DNA of 40,738 nt from Vampirovibrionia bacterium (GTDB lineage Bacteria > Cyanobacteriota > Vampirovibrionia > LMEP-6097): assembly GCA_049314535.1 (NCBI GenBank), contig JBMOEX010000002.1, forward strand, positions 1 through 40,738, given 5' to 3'. Positions 31,698 through 40,738 of the stretch are shown piece by piece (position 1 is the stretch's first letter; each line of letters starts with the position of its first letter). The notes under the pieces are model-generated. The model searched no databases. It was given only the letters and a program-made list of their open reading frames with translations, and was not told the DNA's origin. Both the position numbers and the translations under genes were made by a program.

Positions 31698-34430
31698 TCA
31701 CGCTCTATTCGCGTACGTCTCTAAGGTCTTGTTTAGAAAATCGCGTATTGTTTGATTATTAGCAGCCTGCAGCGCAGTGCCAAAATAAGAACTCCCCTGG
31801 TTCACAAATTCTACAACTTTATCAGATGGAAGATTCTCAATTATCAGCTCTACGGCTCTAATATTATCGTTATTAGCAGCTTGCATAAGCAGCGTAGAAT
31901 TATTTACAAATGTCCCTGTCAAAGCTTTTACTAATTCATTAGGTAACAGATTCTTAATTATCAGCTCCAGTACTTCGGTATGACCTTTCTGAATATCATA
32001 GATCAGCGCCGTATAACCAAGATCATTCTTCTCAGTCAAAGCGTTTACTAATTTATCGGCTGGAAGATTTTTAATTATCTGCTTTATTACTCCTCCCCTA
32101 GCAGCAATCATCAGCACCGTATCATTATGACGAAGACTATTCTTCTCAGTCACAAGCTCTACTACTTGAGCTGCTGGAAGATTTTTAATTAGCTGATCCA
32201 TTAATTCAGTAATACTTTTTCTAGCAGCAATCATGAGTACAGTATAACCATCAACATCCTTCTCCTTCAAAAATTCTACTAATTTACTGGGTGGAAGCTT
32301 TTCAATTAGCGGCTTTATGAATCCACTATAATTTTTCTGAACAAGAATATATAAGAGGTCACTGAGATAATTCCTATTCTTAGCCAAAACTTCTACTAAT
32401 TTATCAGGTGAAAGATCAATTAGCTGCTTTATTACTTTAAAATGACTTTTGTTATAAGCAATGTTCGGGACGGTAGAATGATAAATACTCTTCTCTGTAA
32501 AAGCTTCTACTAATTTATCAGGTGGAAGATTCTCAATTAGCTGATCCATTAATTCAATATGACCTTCGCTAAGAGCAAAGATGAAGATATTTTCACCTTC
32601 TGGTCTCATCCTTAAATTAGATTTATCTCCATCTCTATCTCTAAAGATTTGAGCCTCCAAGCGACTGAGGCTAGACTTTAACTCACTTTCTTTATATGCA
32701 TCTCCAAATATCTGAGTGAGATCTTTTTCGCGGTCTCGTGTTTTTAGTATTTTTTCTATTCTTGGATCTCCATTTCGACCAAAGTTCTTAATTCCTTTCA
32801 CAATTTCATAGATAAAGAATAAATCGTCCTCTGTAAAGTCTATATTCTTTTGAAATTTACCATAGAGTCTCTCTAGAGCCTTAGTATCTTTATCTGCTCT
32901 TAGCCATTTTTCAAGATTCGGGAATACAGGCTTACCATCTGCATCTCTGCTTTGAAGTTTTTCTTGTAAAATACTGATCCCATTATCGCCTGTAGCATTA
33001 GCAATAAATCCATCTAGATTTTGCCTTGCAGCGATACCACGAATTTCTGATATTTCATCACCATTCATCGCAATAGCTAATCTTGGTAAGACAGGGTTTT
33101 TATTTTTATCTTGAGAGAAGTAAATATAGATATCACCTTGTTTTAAATAACGATCTGCAGTGTCTAAACCCTGCAAGCACCATCCAGTATCCCAATACTT
33201 AATACTATCCCTAAGTTCCTTTGGTTCACTGTCTTTAGGAAACTTTCGCCATTCTCCATCAGTAGTACTTAAATCTATCTTGCTTGTTGTTTGATTCTGC
33301 AAGAATTTATACAGACTACTAAAATGCAGCGTGACAGTACCATTACCTTTAGTAATGTCAATATTATCTTTTAAAAACTTATACAGATTAGGATTTTCTT
33401 GCTCATATTTTTTTTGAATTTCACCCATGATTTTGGTATGAGAATGAATTTCACAGAGTTTTACGATATCATTAATTTCGCCGACTAGAGCTGGATTAAG
33501 GACTGGGAAATCTTTAATTGAATTTGGTGATGATCTATTTTGAAAATTAACTTTAGTGTTTCTTGGATCATTTAATATTAGTGAATAGAGAATAACTTTA
33601 TCTAATTGACCATCAGAGAAGAGCATATTGAGCTTATCTTTAAAGTCATCATCTAGCTCAGGGTTCCTTTGAGTAGTTTGGATAATTTCAGCTTTAATTT
33701 CATCTGGAGCTATCTCACTACGAGCATGTCTACTGATAATGTCTTGAAATTTTTCAAAAGAAGCTGTATCTATATCGGTGTGTGATGCTAGAGAATCTGG
33801 TTTTTCTAATATTCCTTCAAGAACAGATAAGTTCGGCTTATTATCTAGTATTCGTACTTCTAGATCAGCTACTGCATTAAATATCCAGTGTCTCGTCTTA
33901 TTATTTAAGTAAGTAACCCCACCATCTGGATCGTTTAAATAATTAAACCAGTCTGTTAACGAAGCTCTTAGATCAGCTTTTTTATTTTCAAACACTTTTA
34001 GCCTGTCTAGAGTGGCTCCTGGATTGATGTCTCGAGCCAGTTCTTGAAGATGATTAAAATCTGAATCTGTGAGTTCTTGTGGTAAAAAACGCTCTATATA
34101 CTCTATCTTCTTCTCTGCTGAAGAATCTGTAAAGAATTCAGGAGCCTTAGCCAGAATGAATTCTTGAGCTAATTCTAATTTTTTAGAATATTTCGCATTA
34201 GTGATTAAAGATATCCAATCAACAGTGCTTCCATTATTAGTAAAGTCCTTTTCCTCTTCATTTTCTACTATGAGGCGAGTCAAATAGCCTAAAAGTGAAC
34301 TAGAGTCAGGCTGAGATTCAGCAGGGGTGCTAATTTGCTGTACTAGGGCAGTAGCTAAACCTTTGACTCGTGTTTGAATAGGCCTCGGTAATTGAAGCTG
34401 TAAGGTCGAAGGCTTATCTTGAATGACCAC
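31698..34430 (-). CDS. large repeat protein: unknown N-terminal region plus about 8 C-terminal ankyrin-like repeats of about 37 aa
   Basis: 910 aa with a GTG start. The C-terminal third repeats the pattern G-x-T-x-LM-x-AA...(I/L)I(K/E)NLP-x-DKLVE-x-L-x-EKN. The central motif WDTGWCLQGL...GDIYIYFS...EISEIRGIAARQN is unassigned. Confidence 0.65.
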   Translation of the reverse strand: MVIQDKPSTLQLQLPRPIQTRVKGLATALVQQISTPAESQPDSSSLLGYLTRLIVENEEEKDFTNNGSTVDWISLITNAKYSKKLELAQEFILAKAPEFFTDSSAEKKIEYIERFLPQELTDSDFNHLQELARDINPGATLDRLKVFENKKADLRASLTDWFNYLNDPDGGVTYLNNKTRHWIFNAVADLEVRILDNKPNLSVLEGILEKPDSLASHTDIDTASFEKFQDIISRHARSEIAPDEIKAEIIQTTQRNPELDDDFKDKLNMLFSDGQLDKVILYSLILNDPRNTKVNFQNRSSPNSIKDFPVLNPALVGEINDIVKLCEIHSHTKIMGEIQKKYEQENPNLYKFLKDNIDITKGNGTVTLHFSSLYKFLQNQTTSKIDLSTTDGEWRKFPKDSEPKELRDSIKYWDTGWCLQGLDTADRYLKQGDIYIYFSQDKNKNPVLPRLAIAMNGDEISEIRGIAARQNLDGFIANATGDNGISILQEKLQSRDADGKPVFPNLEKWLRADKDTKALERLYGKFQKNIDFTEDDLFFIYEIVKGIKNFGRNGDPRIEKILKTRDREKDLTQIFGDAYKESELKSSLSRLEAQIFRDRDGDKSNLRMRPEGENIFIFALSEGHIELMDQLIENLPPDKLVEAFTEKSIYHSTVPNIAYNKSHFKVIKQLIDLSPDKLVEVLAKNRNYLSDLLYILVQKNYSGFIKPLIEKLPPSKLVEFLKEKDVDGYTVLMIAARKSITELMDQLIKNLPAAQVVELVTEKNSLRHNDTVLMIAARGGVIKQIIKNLPADKLVNALTEKNDLGYTALIYDIQKGHTEVLELIIKNLLPNELVKALTGTFVNNSTLLMQAANNDNIRAVELIIENLPSDKVVEFVNQGSSYFGTALQAANNQTIRDFLNKTLETYANRA
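31718..32590 (-). repeat. intragenic tandem coding repeats (period about 110 nt)
   Basis: For example, GGTGGAAGATTCTCAATTAGCTGATCCATTAATTCA at 32521 and GCTGGAAGATTTTTAATTAGCTGATCCATTAATTCA at 32171. NLP-x-DKLVE units recur about 8 times in the protein. Confidence 0.6.
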
Positions 34431-34759
34431 GACAATAATAAGTATATCTAGATTTTCGACTAAATAACAAAAGTACCTATTTTTTTCATTTTATCGGGCT
34501 GAGGGAATTGAGTTTAAAGTCTGTTTAAGATCAAACGATCATAACGCTCTTTCAGAGCTTGACTTAACTAAAATAGCACAAATAATTCCGCCAAGCGAAG
34601 GATATCAAAAGAAAGCTGGTGGACATCCACGTGCCTCTGGTGCAAATATTATTGCAGAAGACCTAGACAGTGTTATAAGCCGAATCATAATGATCCTAAA
34701 CCAAGAAACACAACGCATGAAAGAAGCTCATTCTAAATTAGCTCGACAAAAAAAATAAA

Positions 34760-35713
34760 TTAAGACAGCTGCCTAAGCTCATCTAATCTCTGAATATTTT
34801 TACGAACTGACTCGGCTGAAGATTTAAGTGCAGCTAACTCAGACTCAGTAAGCTTAAGCTCTAAAATCTGCTCAATCCCTTTACTAGATAGCTTAGTAGG
34901 CACTCCAACGAAAACACCAGAAATACCATATTCACCTTCTAAATAACAAGAGCAAGGTAGTATCTGTTTTTTATTTAATAAAATAGCGTCTATCATTTCA
35001 ACAGCAGAGCTAGCTGGCGCGTAGAAAGCTGATCCAGTCTGTAAAAGATTAACTATCTCTATGCCACCTTTCTGTGTTCTTTCAATAATCGCATTAATTT
35101 TTTCTTCTGAAAGCAGCTCCGTAAGTGGAACTCCAGCTACAGTAGTATATCTTGCTACTGGTACCATATCATCCCCATGACCACCAAGCACACAAGGCTG
35201 AATATTTTTAACAGAAACATCTAAAGCCTCTGCGATAAAGAAAGCCATACGAGAACTATCTAGAACGCCCGCCATGCCTATAATTTTATTCTTAGCGACA
35301 CCTTTCGCTGAAAGTATCTGATGCGTGAGCTGCGTCATCGCATCTACTGGATTAGAAACTACGATAAATATCGCATCTGGAGAATATTTATGGGCGTTTT
35401 CAATACAAGCAGTAACTATATCTGCGTTTATCTTTAAAAGATCATCACGACTCATCCCTGGTTTTCTTGCTAGCCCAGCTGTCATTAAAACCACATCAGA
35501 ACCTTCAGAAAGCGCATAATCAGAGCTACCTATGATATATCTATCCTCAAGCTCTACAGGTCTAGCTTCCATAAGATCTAGAGCCTTACCTTTAGCGATG
35601 CCCTCTGCGACATCAATTAAAACTACATTCGCTATATTCTTCTCTGCTAGTCTTTGAGCTGCCGTAGCTCCGACATTACCAGCACCGATAACTGTTACTT
35701 TGGATTGTTTCAT
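34760..35713 (-). CDS. mdh: malate dehydrogenase (LDH-like family)
   Basis: VTVIGAGNVG, and GLARKPGMSRDDLL, which has Arg at the substrate-discriminating position (Gln in LDHs). Also VSNPVD and GGHGD. Confidence 0.9.
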   Translation of the reverse strand: MKQSKVTVIGAGNVGATAAQRLAEKNIANVVLIDVAEGIAKGKALDLMEARPVELEDRYIIGSSDYALSEGSDVVLMTAGLARKPGMSRDDLLKINADIVTACIENAHKYSPDAIFIVVSNPVDAMTQLTHQILSAKGVAKNKIIGMAGVLDSSRMAFFIAEALDVSVKNIQPCVLGGHGDDMVPVARYTTVAGVPLTELLSEEKINAIIERTQKGGIEIVNLLQTGSAFYAPASSAVEMIDAILLNKKQILPCSCYLEGEYGISGVFVGVPTKLSSKGIEQILELKLTESELAALKSSAESVRKNIQRLDELRQLS

Positions 35714-35722
35714 AAATTCATT

Positions 35723-36934
35723 TTACCCAGGTATGCTCAGATTGCCAAATTTTAAATCAATCCCCTCAATTAATTCACTTAAAGAACTCTTATCAGTAGC
35801 CGAAATGAAGATAGGGAAAAAAGCTGCAAACTCTGATCTCAGCCTCATGATTAATGTATCTTTCTCTTCTAAAGTCATTTCGCCTTCAGCGACCGCCTCA
35901 TCTAATTTATCTAACTTATTAAATATATAATATTTTTCCTTATCTTTATCTACATGCAGCTGCCTAAGCACATCTTCAACTACACGAATTTTCAGAAAAA
36001 GACTTTTATCAGAAATATCTATCAAATGAAAAATAATATCAGCCTCAACTATTTCTGCTAATGTGGATTTAAAAGCATCAATTAAATCTGGGGGCAGGTC
36101 TTGGATAAATCCAATAGTATCTGCGATCATCACCTTCTGCTGAGAGATGGGTAAATAAAGCTCTCCTACAGTAGAATCCAAGGTAGCAAAAAGCTCGTCT
36201 GCCACATAAGTATTCTGTTTTTTAGTCAGTGCACGCTTTAACGTACTTTTACCAGCATTGGTATAGCCCGCGAGGGCGATGGTTTTAAAATTTTTATTGC
36301 GGCGTGAATCACGGTGACGGCGTTGTACATCACCATACTGTTCTATCTTTCCCTCTATAAGTTTTTCACGTTTCTGTAAGTGCCGTTTCATCATCTGCGT
36401 ATTCGATTCACCAGCACCGATAGTACCGATACCACCAGCCTGACGAGAGAGCTCTAAACCCATACCAAATATTCGTGGTCCCATATGCTTAATACTCGCA
36501 AGCTCAATCTGTAACTTAGCTTCAACAGTAGTCGCATGCTTATCAAAAATCTTTAAAATTAAATCAACCCTGTCCCAGACTTTAATTTTCTTAGGATTTT
36601 CCCAGCGTAAGCTTTCCTCATCCTCTTTCTTCTTTTCAATCTGGTAATTAATGCAAAATTCTTCTAAATTATATATCTGCCTCGGCTTAAGAATATTATT
36701 AATAATGATTACATCTAAATCATCAAAATTTTCAAAACGATCTAAAAGCTCAGTAAGCTTACCCTCGCCGACATAAGTCTTGTAATTAGGACTACTGCGT
36801 TTCTGTACTATATATTCAGAACTCACGCCACCATAGGTTTTAACTAAGCTGTTCAGCTCCTCAAGCCTAAGCTCTGATTCCCTTTTAGTAATATCTGAAC
36901 TAATTATGTCAATTAAGACTGCTTTTTCTTTCAT
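35723..36934 (-). CDS. hflX: GTPase HflX
   Basis: An HflX N-terminal domain, then LAGYTNAGKST (G1), DTIGF (G3) and NKLD (G4). Confidence 0.85.
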   Translation of the reverse strand: MKEKAVLIDIISSDITKRESELRLEELNSLVKTYGGVSSEYIVQKRSSPNYKTYVGEGKLTELLDRFENFDDLDVIIINNILKPRQIYNLEEFCINYQIEKKKEDEESLRWENPKKIKVWDRVDLILKIFDKHATTVEAKLQIELASIKHMGPRIFGMGLELSRQAGGIGTIGAGESNTQMMKRHLQKREKLIEGKIEQYGDVQRRHRDSRRNKNFKTIALAGYTNAGKSTLKRALTKKQNTYVADELFATLDSTVGELYLPISQQKVMIADTIGFIQDLPPDLIDAFKSTLAEIVEADIIFHLIDISDKSLFLKIRVVEDVLRQLHVDKDKEKYYIFNKLDKLDEAVAEGEMTLEEKDTLIMRLRSEFAAFFPIFISATDKSSLSELIEGIDLKFGNLSIPG

Positions 36935-36991
36935 CTCAAACTACTTACTATCAAAGATAGCACTTGATGGCAGGGCAAGAACACAAGTTAA

Positions 36992-38305
36992 TTAATGGAC
37001 TTTTCCAAGAATCTTTGAAGTATGCTCGGTAATTTTATCTGCGACTAAATCTAAAAGCTCTTCCCTTAAGCCACAAATAGGCACGCGGATGAACTGCTCA
37101 CAAAGAACTGGAATGTAAACACTGCTTGATATAAAGCTTTCAGAAAGCCTTTTCGCAAAATCTGGAAAACGCTCTAGAATTTCATTCCTCAGCCTAAAAG
37201 ATAAGAAGAAACCACCATCTGGGCTTATCATCTCTAATTCTTCGGGTAAAATTGGGGTGATTTTATTTATAAAATGTTCACGACGCTTATTAATCATCGC
37301 GACAGTATTACGCTGAAATTCATGAATAGAAGCCAGTCTTGATGAATCCGACAGTACTTTTAAAGCTATTTCTTGACTGGTTCGAGAAAGATTACTTAAA
37401 GTACCTCTAAGTATTCCACCAGCTATATCTTTCCACTCAGAGACATTTTCATATTCTGGCGAAAATAGCGTCGCCGCCCCGACTCTAGCACCATACATCG
37501 CAAAGCTCTTAGATAAAGTAGAAGCGACTATTACACTTAAATGCTCTAAACCAGCCTTCTTAAAGAAATCACTGACAAAAGATAACTTCGTATAGTCCTT
37601 AGCAGTAGGTCCAAAGTCTATATAAGCTATATCTAAAATCACTAAGAATTTTTGGTTCTTATAAGTGCCTAGCAAATTAGCTATTTCCATTAAATCAGTA
37701 TGGCTAATTTCTTTCCCTAGAGGATTATCAAAAGGAGTATTTAGAATAAGAGTAATCTTACTGGTAGAGTCCAATGGTAGTGATTTAACAGCGAAATTTA
37801 AAGCCTTAGCCAAACTATCAAGGTTAAATTTTAAATCTTTATCTAAAAGCTCAAAGTTAATAAGATTACTGCGTCCTATACCTAAAGCCACGCTGTCATA
37901 GCCCGCCCAATGTGGTCTCTGGACGATTATAGGGTCATTAGACTTAGTACAGGTCATCAAGGAAAGAGAAATAGCATTAGTGCCACCACCAGTAACCACT
38001 TCAGCACGGCGAATATTTTCAGAGTAAAGCTTCTGTAAATTATCCTTACCGACGAACTCCTCAGTAATTAAAGGAGCTAAATCCTTCAAACCACCGCTCG
38101 GAGCATATTCCATGTTCAGCCCTTGCTGAACTATCTCTAAAGCAGCCTGATTCACCACATCTGGAACTATTAACTTTCCAGCATCATCCATCGCCGAACC
38201 AACTATAGCAAGAAGCTTCTGTGAATTAGTATCCTCACTAGCTTTTTGTACAAGACCTACTATAGGGTCTAGTGAAATTTTAGCCTTTGTTTCAAAAAAA
38301 ACCAT
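36992..38305 (-). CDS. aspartate/aromatic amino acid aminotransferase (class I, AspC/TyrB-like)
   Basis: SLSKSFAMYGARVG parallels SYSKNFGLYNERVG, which contains the PLP lysine. Also GGTNA, and ILNTPFDNPLG parallels H-x-C-x-HNPTG. Confidence 0.75.
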   Translation of the reverse strand: MVFFETKAKISLDPIVGLVQKASEDTNSQKLLAIVGSAMDDAGKLIVPDVVNQAALEIVQQGLNMEYAPSGGLKDLAPLITEEFVGKDNLQKLYSENIRRAEVVTGGGTNAISLSLMTCTKSNDPIIVQRPHWAGYDSVALGIGRSNLINFELLDKDLKFNLDSLAKALNFAVKSLPLDSTSKITLILNTPFDNPLGKEISHTDLMEIANLLGTYKNQKFLVILDIAYIDFGPTAKDYTKLSFVSDFFKKAGLEHLSVIVASTLSKSFAMYGARVGAATLFSPEYENVSEWKDIAGGILRGTLSNLSRTSQEIALKVLSDSSRLASIHEFQRNTVAMINKRREHFINKITPILPEELEMISPDGGFFLSFRLRNEILERFPDFAKRLSESFISSSVYIPVLCEQFIRVPICGLREELLDLVADKITEHTSKILGKVH

Positions 38306-38349
38306 TTTATAATAAGCTATGATAGCAAGACTTAAGGCTTTCTTTCTCT

Positions 38350-38994
38350 ATGAATGAAACTAAACAAAAATTTGAATTAAAAAATTTTTACGGCTCTACC
38401 TTAAGCCACATTTCTCAGTTAATAGGAGTTTTTTTTCTTTCCTTCTATTTTAATTTCTTATATAAGGTAGAAGTGGAGTTTACTGGAGAAAAATTTGATC
38501 AAAATAAAAATTATATCTTCGCAGCTAACCATCGTTCTTTAAATGATCCACCTTTATTAGGACTATTTATTAGACCACCTATTAGCTTTCTAGCTAAGCG
38601 CGAACTGTTTTCCAATTCCATGCTTGGCTACCTTATTAGCCTTTTATCCGCTGTTCCAGTAGACAGAGATAATACTGGTAGCTCAACCCTAAAATTAGTA
38701 AAAAAAATTCTTAATAAAGAAGCCTGGAAATTAGTAATCTTCATAGAAGGTACACGCTCTAAAACAGAATTTCTTGGAACACCTAATAACGGTGCGGTAT
38801 TTATGTCGAGATTAACTAAAACTCCCATAGTTCCTACTGGTATCAGCTACAGAGCAGATGGTAAAGTGCTAATTAAGTTTGGTGAACCTTATATGCCAGA
38901 GATGAAAACCCCTATTGAAAGTGAATCTAATAGATGCCTTGAGCTTATTTCTAAACTTTGTGACTATGAAATAGAATCTAGTAAAAAGGTCTAG
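38350..38994 (+). CDS. plsC: 1-acyl-sn-glycerol-3-phosphate acyltransferase
   Basis: HX4D motif NHRSLNDP, FIEGTRS, and an N-terminal TM segment. Confidence 0.8.
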   Translation: MNETKQKFELKNFYGSTLSHISQLIGVFFLSFYFNFLYKVEVEFTGEKFDQNKNYIFAANHRSLNDPPLLGLFIRPPISFLAKRELFSNSMLGYLISLLSAVPVDRDNTGSSTLKLVKKILNKEAWKLVIFIEGTRSKTEFLGTPNNGAVFMSRLTKTPIVPTGISYRADGKVLIKFGEPYMPEMKTPIESESNRCLELISKLCDYEIESSKKV

Positions 38995-39172
38995 TCCTAA
39001 GTAATATTTATGACACTTATAACTTAGCTCTAACCCTTCTTAATTAAGTATTTCCAAAAGCATACTTAAATTAAATTAAATTAGATACTATAGAATCATC
39101 TTCCTAGATTAACTTTTAAGCACTAGCCTTTAAAGCTAAAAATTACTTAAAACTTCAAGCATTCCCCCGACC

Positions 39173-39198
39173 TAGGTTTCTCCACTGTTACCGATTTA
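39173..39198 (+). promoter_or_regulatory. possible sigma-28 (FliA)-type promoter for flagellin
   Basis: TAGGTTTC-N11-CCGATTTA compared with the consensus TAAAGTTT-N11-GCCGATAA. It lies about 70 nt upstream of the ATG. The GGAGG Shine-Dalgarno is at 39261-39265. The match is imperfect. Confidence 0.3.
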
Positions 39199-39270
39199 TA
39201 TACTTGTAAGCAACGCACAAGTTTACAAAACATACAAAACAAAACAACAAAGTCAATTTGGAGGAGAACA

Positions 39271-40554
39271 ATGGGACTAGTAATTAACACAAACAGGCTA
39301 AGCCTTGACGCACAGGCAGCTTTAAGAACGAATAATAGAGAATTAGAAGTCATTTCTAAAAGATTATCAACTGGTAAAAGAGTTAATAACGCCGGTGATG
39401 ATGCAGCTGGTATGACTATAGCTCAGAGAATAACTTCTGATGTTAGAGCATACCGAAAAACTATCCAGAATCAGATGGATGGCATAAGTTTAATTCAAGT
39501 AACAGAAGGTCAGCTCCAAGCGATGCAAGATGATTTGCAAAGAATAAGAGAACTGATGATCCAAGCAGCCAACGGTACCAATGGTGCCGATGAAAGAAAT
39601 GCTTTACAGCGAGAAATTAACGAACGCGTAAAAAACGTCGAAGATCTCTCAAATACGACAAGATTTAACAGCGTAGGGCTACTTAAAGGTCCTAGTACTG
39701 ACAGAACTAATCAAACCGATAGAACTATTCAAAGTGGCATTACGTTTAGTGAAACTACCAACTTGCAACTTGGTCCAGCTTATATTGATAATACAGTAGT
39801 GGCAACGCCCGTTCTCATCTCTGAAAGAGGAATAAATATAGATGCTAACTATTCTTATACCCCGCTGACCGCAACTCAAGATTCAGCAGCAGCAGAAGTT
39901 CTAGCTGGAACAGCGAGCTTCGATTATGTAACCAAGGTAATAGGTGACATCCAAGGAGAGATAAGTAGTCAAATTGGTGGTGGTACAGCTACTACTATTA
40001 ATACTTGGCTAGGCACATTTTTAAACACATTCGCTAACCAAGCAGTCACTATGCAAACTTTATTCGATGATGCTTACAAAAGCTATCAAAGTTTAGGTGG
40101 TACAGTCAGTGCTGGCGCTCCAGCAAATGGAGTGGTAAATCAAAAAGCTCTTGACATCATCAAATATTTTCTGCACGATGGCGGACAGTTAGTAGAAAAT
40201 TCTAGCACTCCAGGTTTCACTTTAAGTCGCCTCAGAGTAACTGGAGCTACTATCAACTCCTATGCAAATACTCCACAATCACATGGCAATTTAGATGACA
40301 TAACTAGAATGATCGACAATCTTTCCCGCATGAGATCACATCTTGGTGCTCTTCAGGGAAGCATGGAGAGTAAAATCGGTTCTCAAGACACATCAATCGT
40401 CAATCTTGAAGCCTCTAGATCAAGAATCATTGACGCCGATATGGCATTAGAGAGCAGTTCTCTAGTTAAACAACAAATACTGCAAAGGTCTGGAGTAGCA
40501 ATGCTTTCACAAGCTAACGCTCAACCACAACAGCTACTAGATTTACTACCATAG
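39271..40554 (+). CDS. fliC: flagellin
   Basis: N-terminal LVINTNRLSLDAQAAL...RLSTGKRVNNAGDDAAGMTIAQR, C-terminal SRIIDADMALESSSLVKQQILQRSGVAMLSQANAQPQQLLDLL, and a variable central domain. Confidence 0.9.
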   Translation: MGLVINTNRLSLDAQAALRTNNRELEVISKRLSTGKRVNNAGDDAAGMTIAQRITSDVRAYRKTIQNQMDGISLIQVTEGQLQAMQDDLQRIRELMIQAANGTNGADERNALQREINERVKNVEDLSNTTRFNSVGLLKGPSTDRTNQTDRTIQSGITFSETTNLQLGPAYIDNTVVATPVLISERGINIDANYSYTPLTATQDSAAAEVLAGTASFDYVTKVIGDIQGEISSQIGGGTATTINTWLGTFLNTFANQAVTMQTLFDDAYKSYQSLGGTVSAGAPANGVVNQKALDIIKYFLHDGGQLVENSSTPGFTLSRLRVTGATINSYANTPQSHGNLDDITRMIDNLSRMRSHLGALQGSMESKIGSQDTSIVNLEASRSRIIDADMALESSSLVKQQILQRSGVAMLSQANAQPQQLLDLLP

Positions 40555-40634
40555 ATTAAGATCCACATTTAGTTTTCGTAACGTAACACAACTGTAACTA
40601 ACTTAACTGTAACTAATCAAACTAGGTCACTAAG

Positions 40635-40670
40635 TGCCCGAATGTATTCGGGCATCAATTTTATAAATTT
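40635..40670 (+). terminator. hairpin plus T-rich tract, a candidate terminator after flagellin
   Basis: TGCCCGAA-TGTA-TTCGGGCA followed by TCAATTTTATAAATTTT. Confidence 0.45.
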
Positions 40671-40700
40671 TGCATCGTACTAGTCGTATGCAATGTGCGT

Positions 40701-40738
40701 TAGCCCTGCTGTCTCCTCAGCGGGGCTATTTTATTTTT
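40701..40738 (+). terminator. rho-independent terminator
   Basis: TAGCCCTGCTG-TCTCCT-CAGCGGGGCTA (one mismatch in the stem) followed directly by TTTTATTTTT. Confidence 0.7.

Overview
This is an AT-rich chromosomal window from a flagellated bacterium with a Gram-negative-type envelope (LpxK, a predicted outer-membrane barrel). I cannot place it taxonomically from sequence alone. About 37 credible CDSs are present and nearly all are housekeeping: lpxK (partial), Nudix hydrolase, single-chain glycine dehydrogenase, DEAD-box and Ski2-like helicases, ribH, miaB, pyrimidine-nucleoside phosphorylase, atpG, murQ, an Opp/Dpp-type ABC ATPase, proC, a MATE pump, an EVE protein, a PPi-type phosphofructokinase, aspartate kinase, fabZ, nuoH-nuoI, mdh, hflX, an AspC-type aminotransferase, plsC and flagellin. 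A TPP riboswitch sits in front of a YkoF/MTH1187-like gene. I saw no rRNA, tRNA, CRISPR array, transposase or integrase. The main finding is a modular, palindromic repeat of about 120 bp, built from an L half and an R half with inverted outer arms. It occurs as 8 modules at 6 loci. Four loci lie inside conserved housekeeping genes (DEAD-box helicase, ribH, murQ, ABC ATPase), always in the same orientation and the same open reading frame, and the host protein sequence resumes after each insert. The outer arms differ between copies but change in a compensatory way, while the core is nearly invariant. Two half-copies sit right at stop codons of other genes. The closest known behaviour is that of Rickettsia palindromic elements, but I do not recognise the sequence as a named family. 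Secondary points: an accessory-looking block (30481-34759) with a 910-aa repeat protein and an orphan open frame; two paralogous secreted coiled-coil/Gly-zipper proteins; a second short dispersed motif; and isolated atpG and nuoH-nuoI genes.
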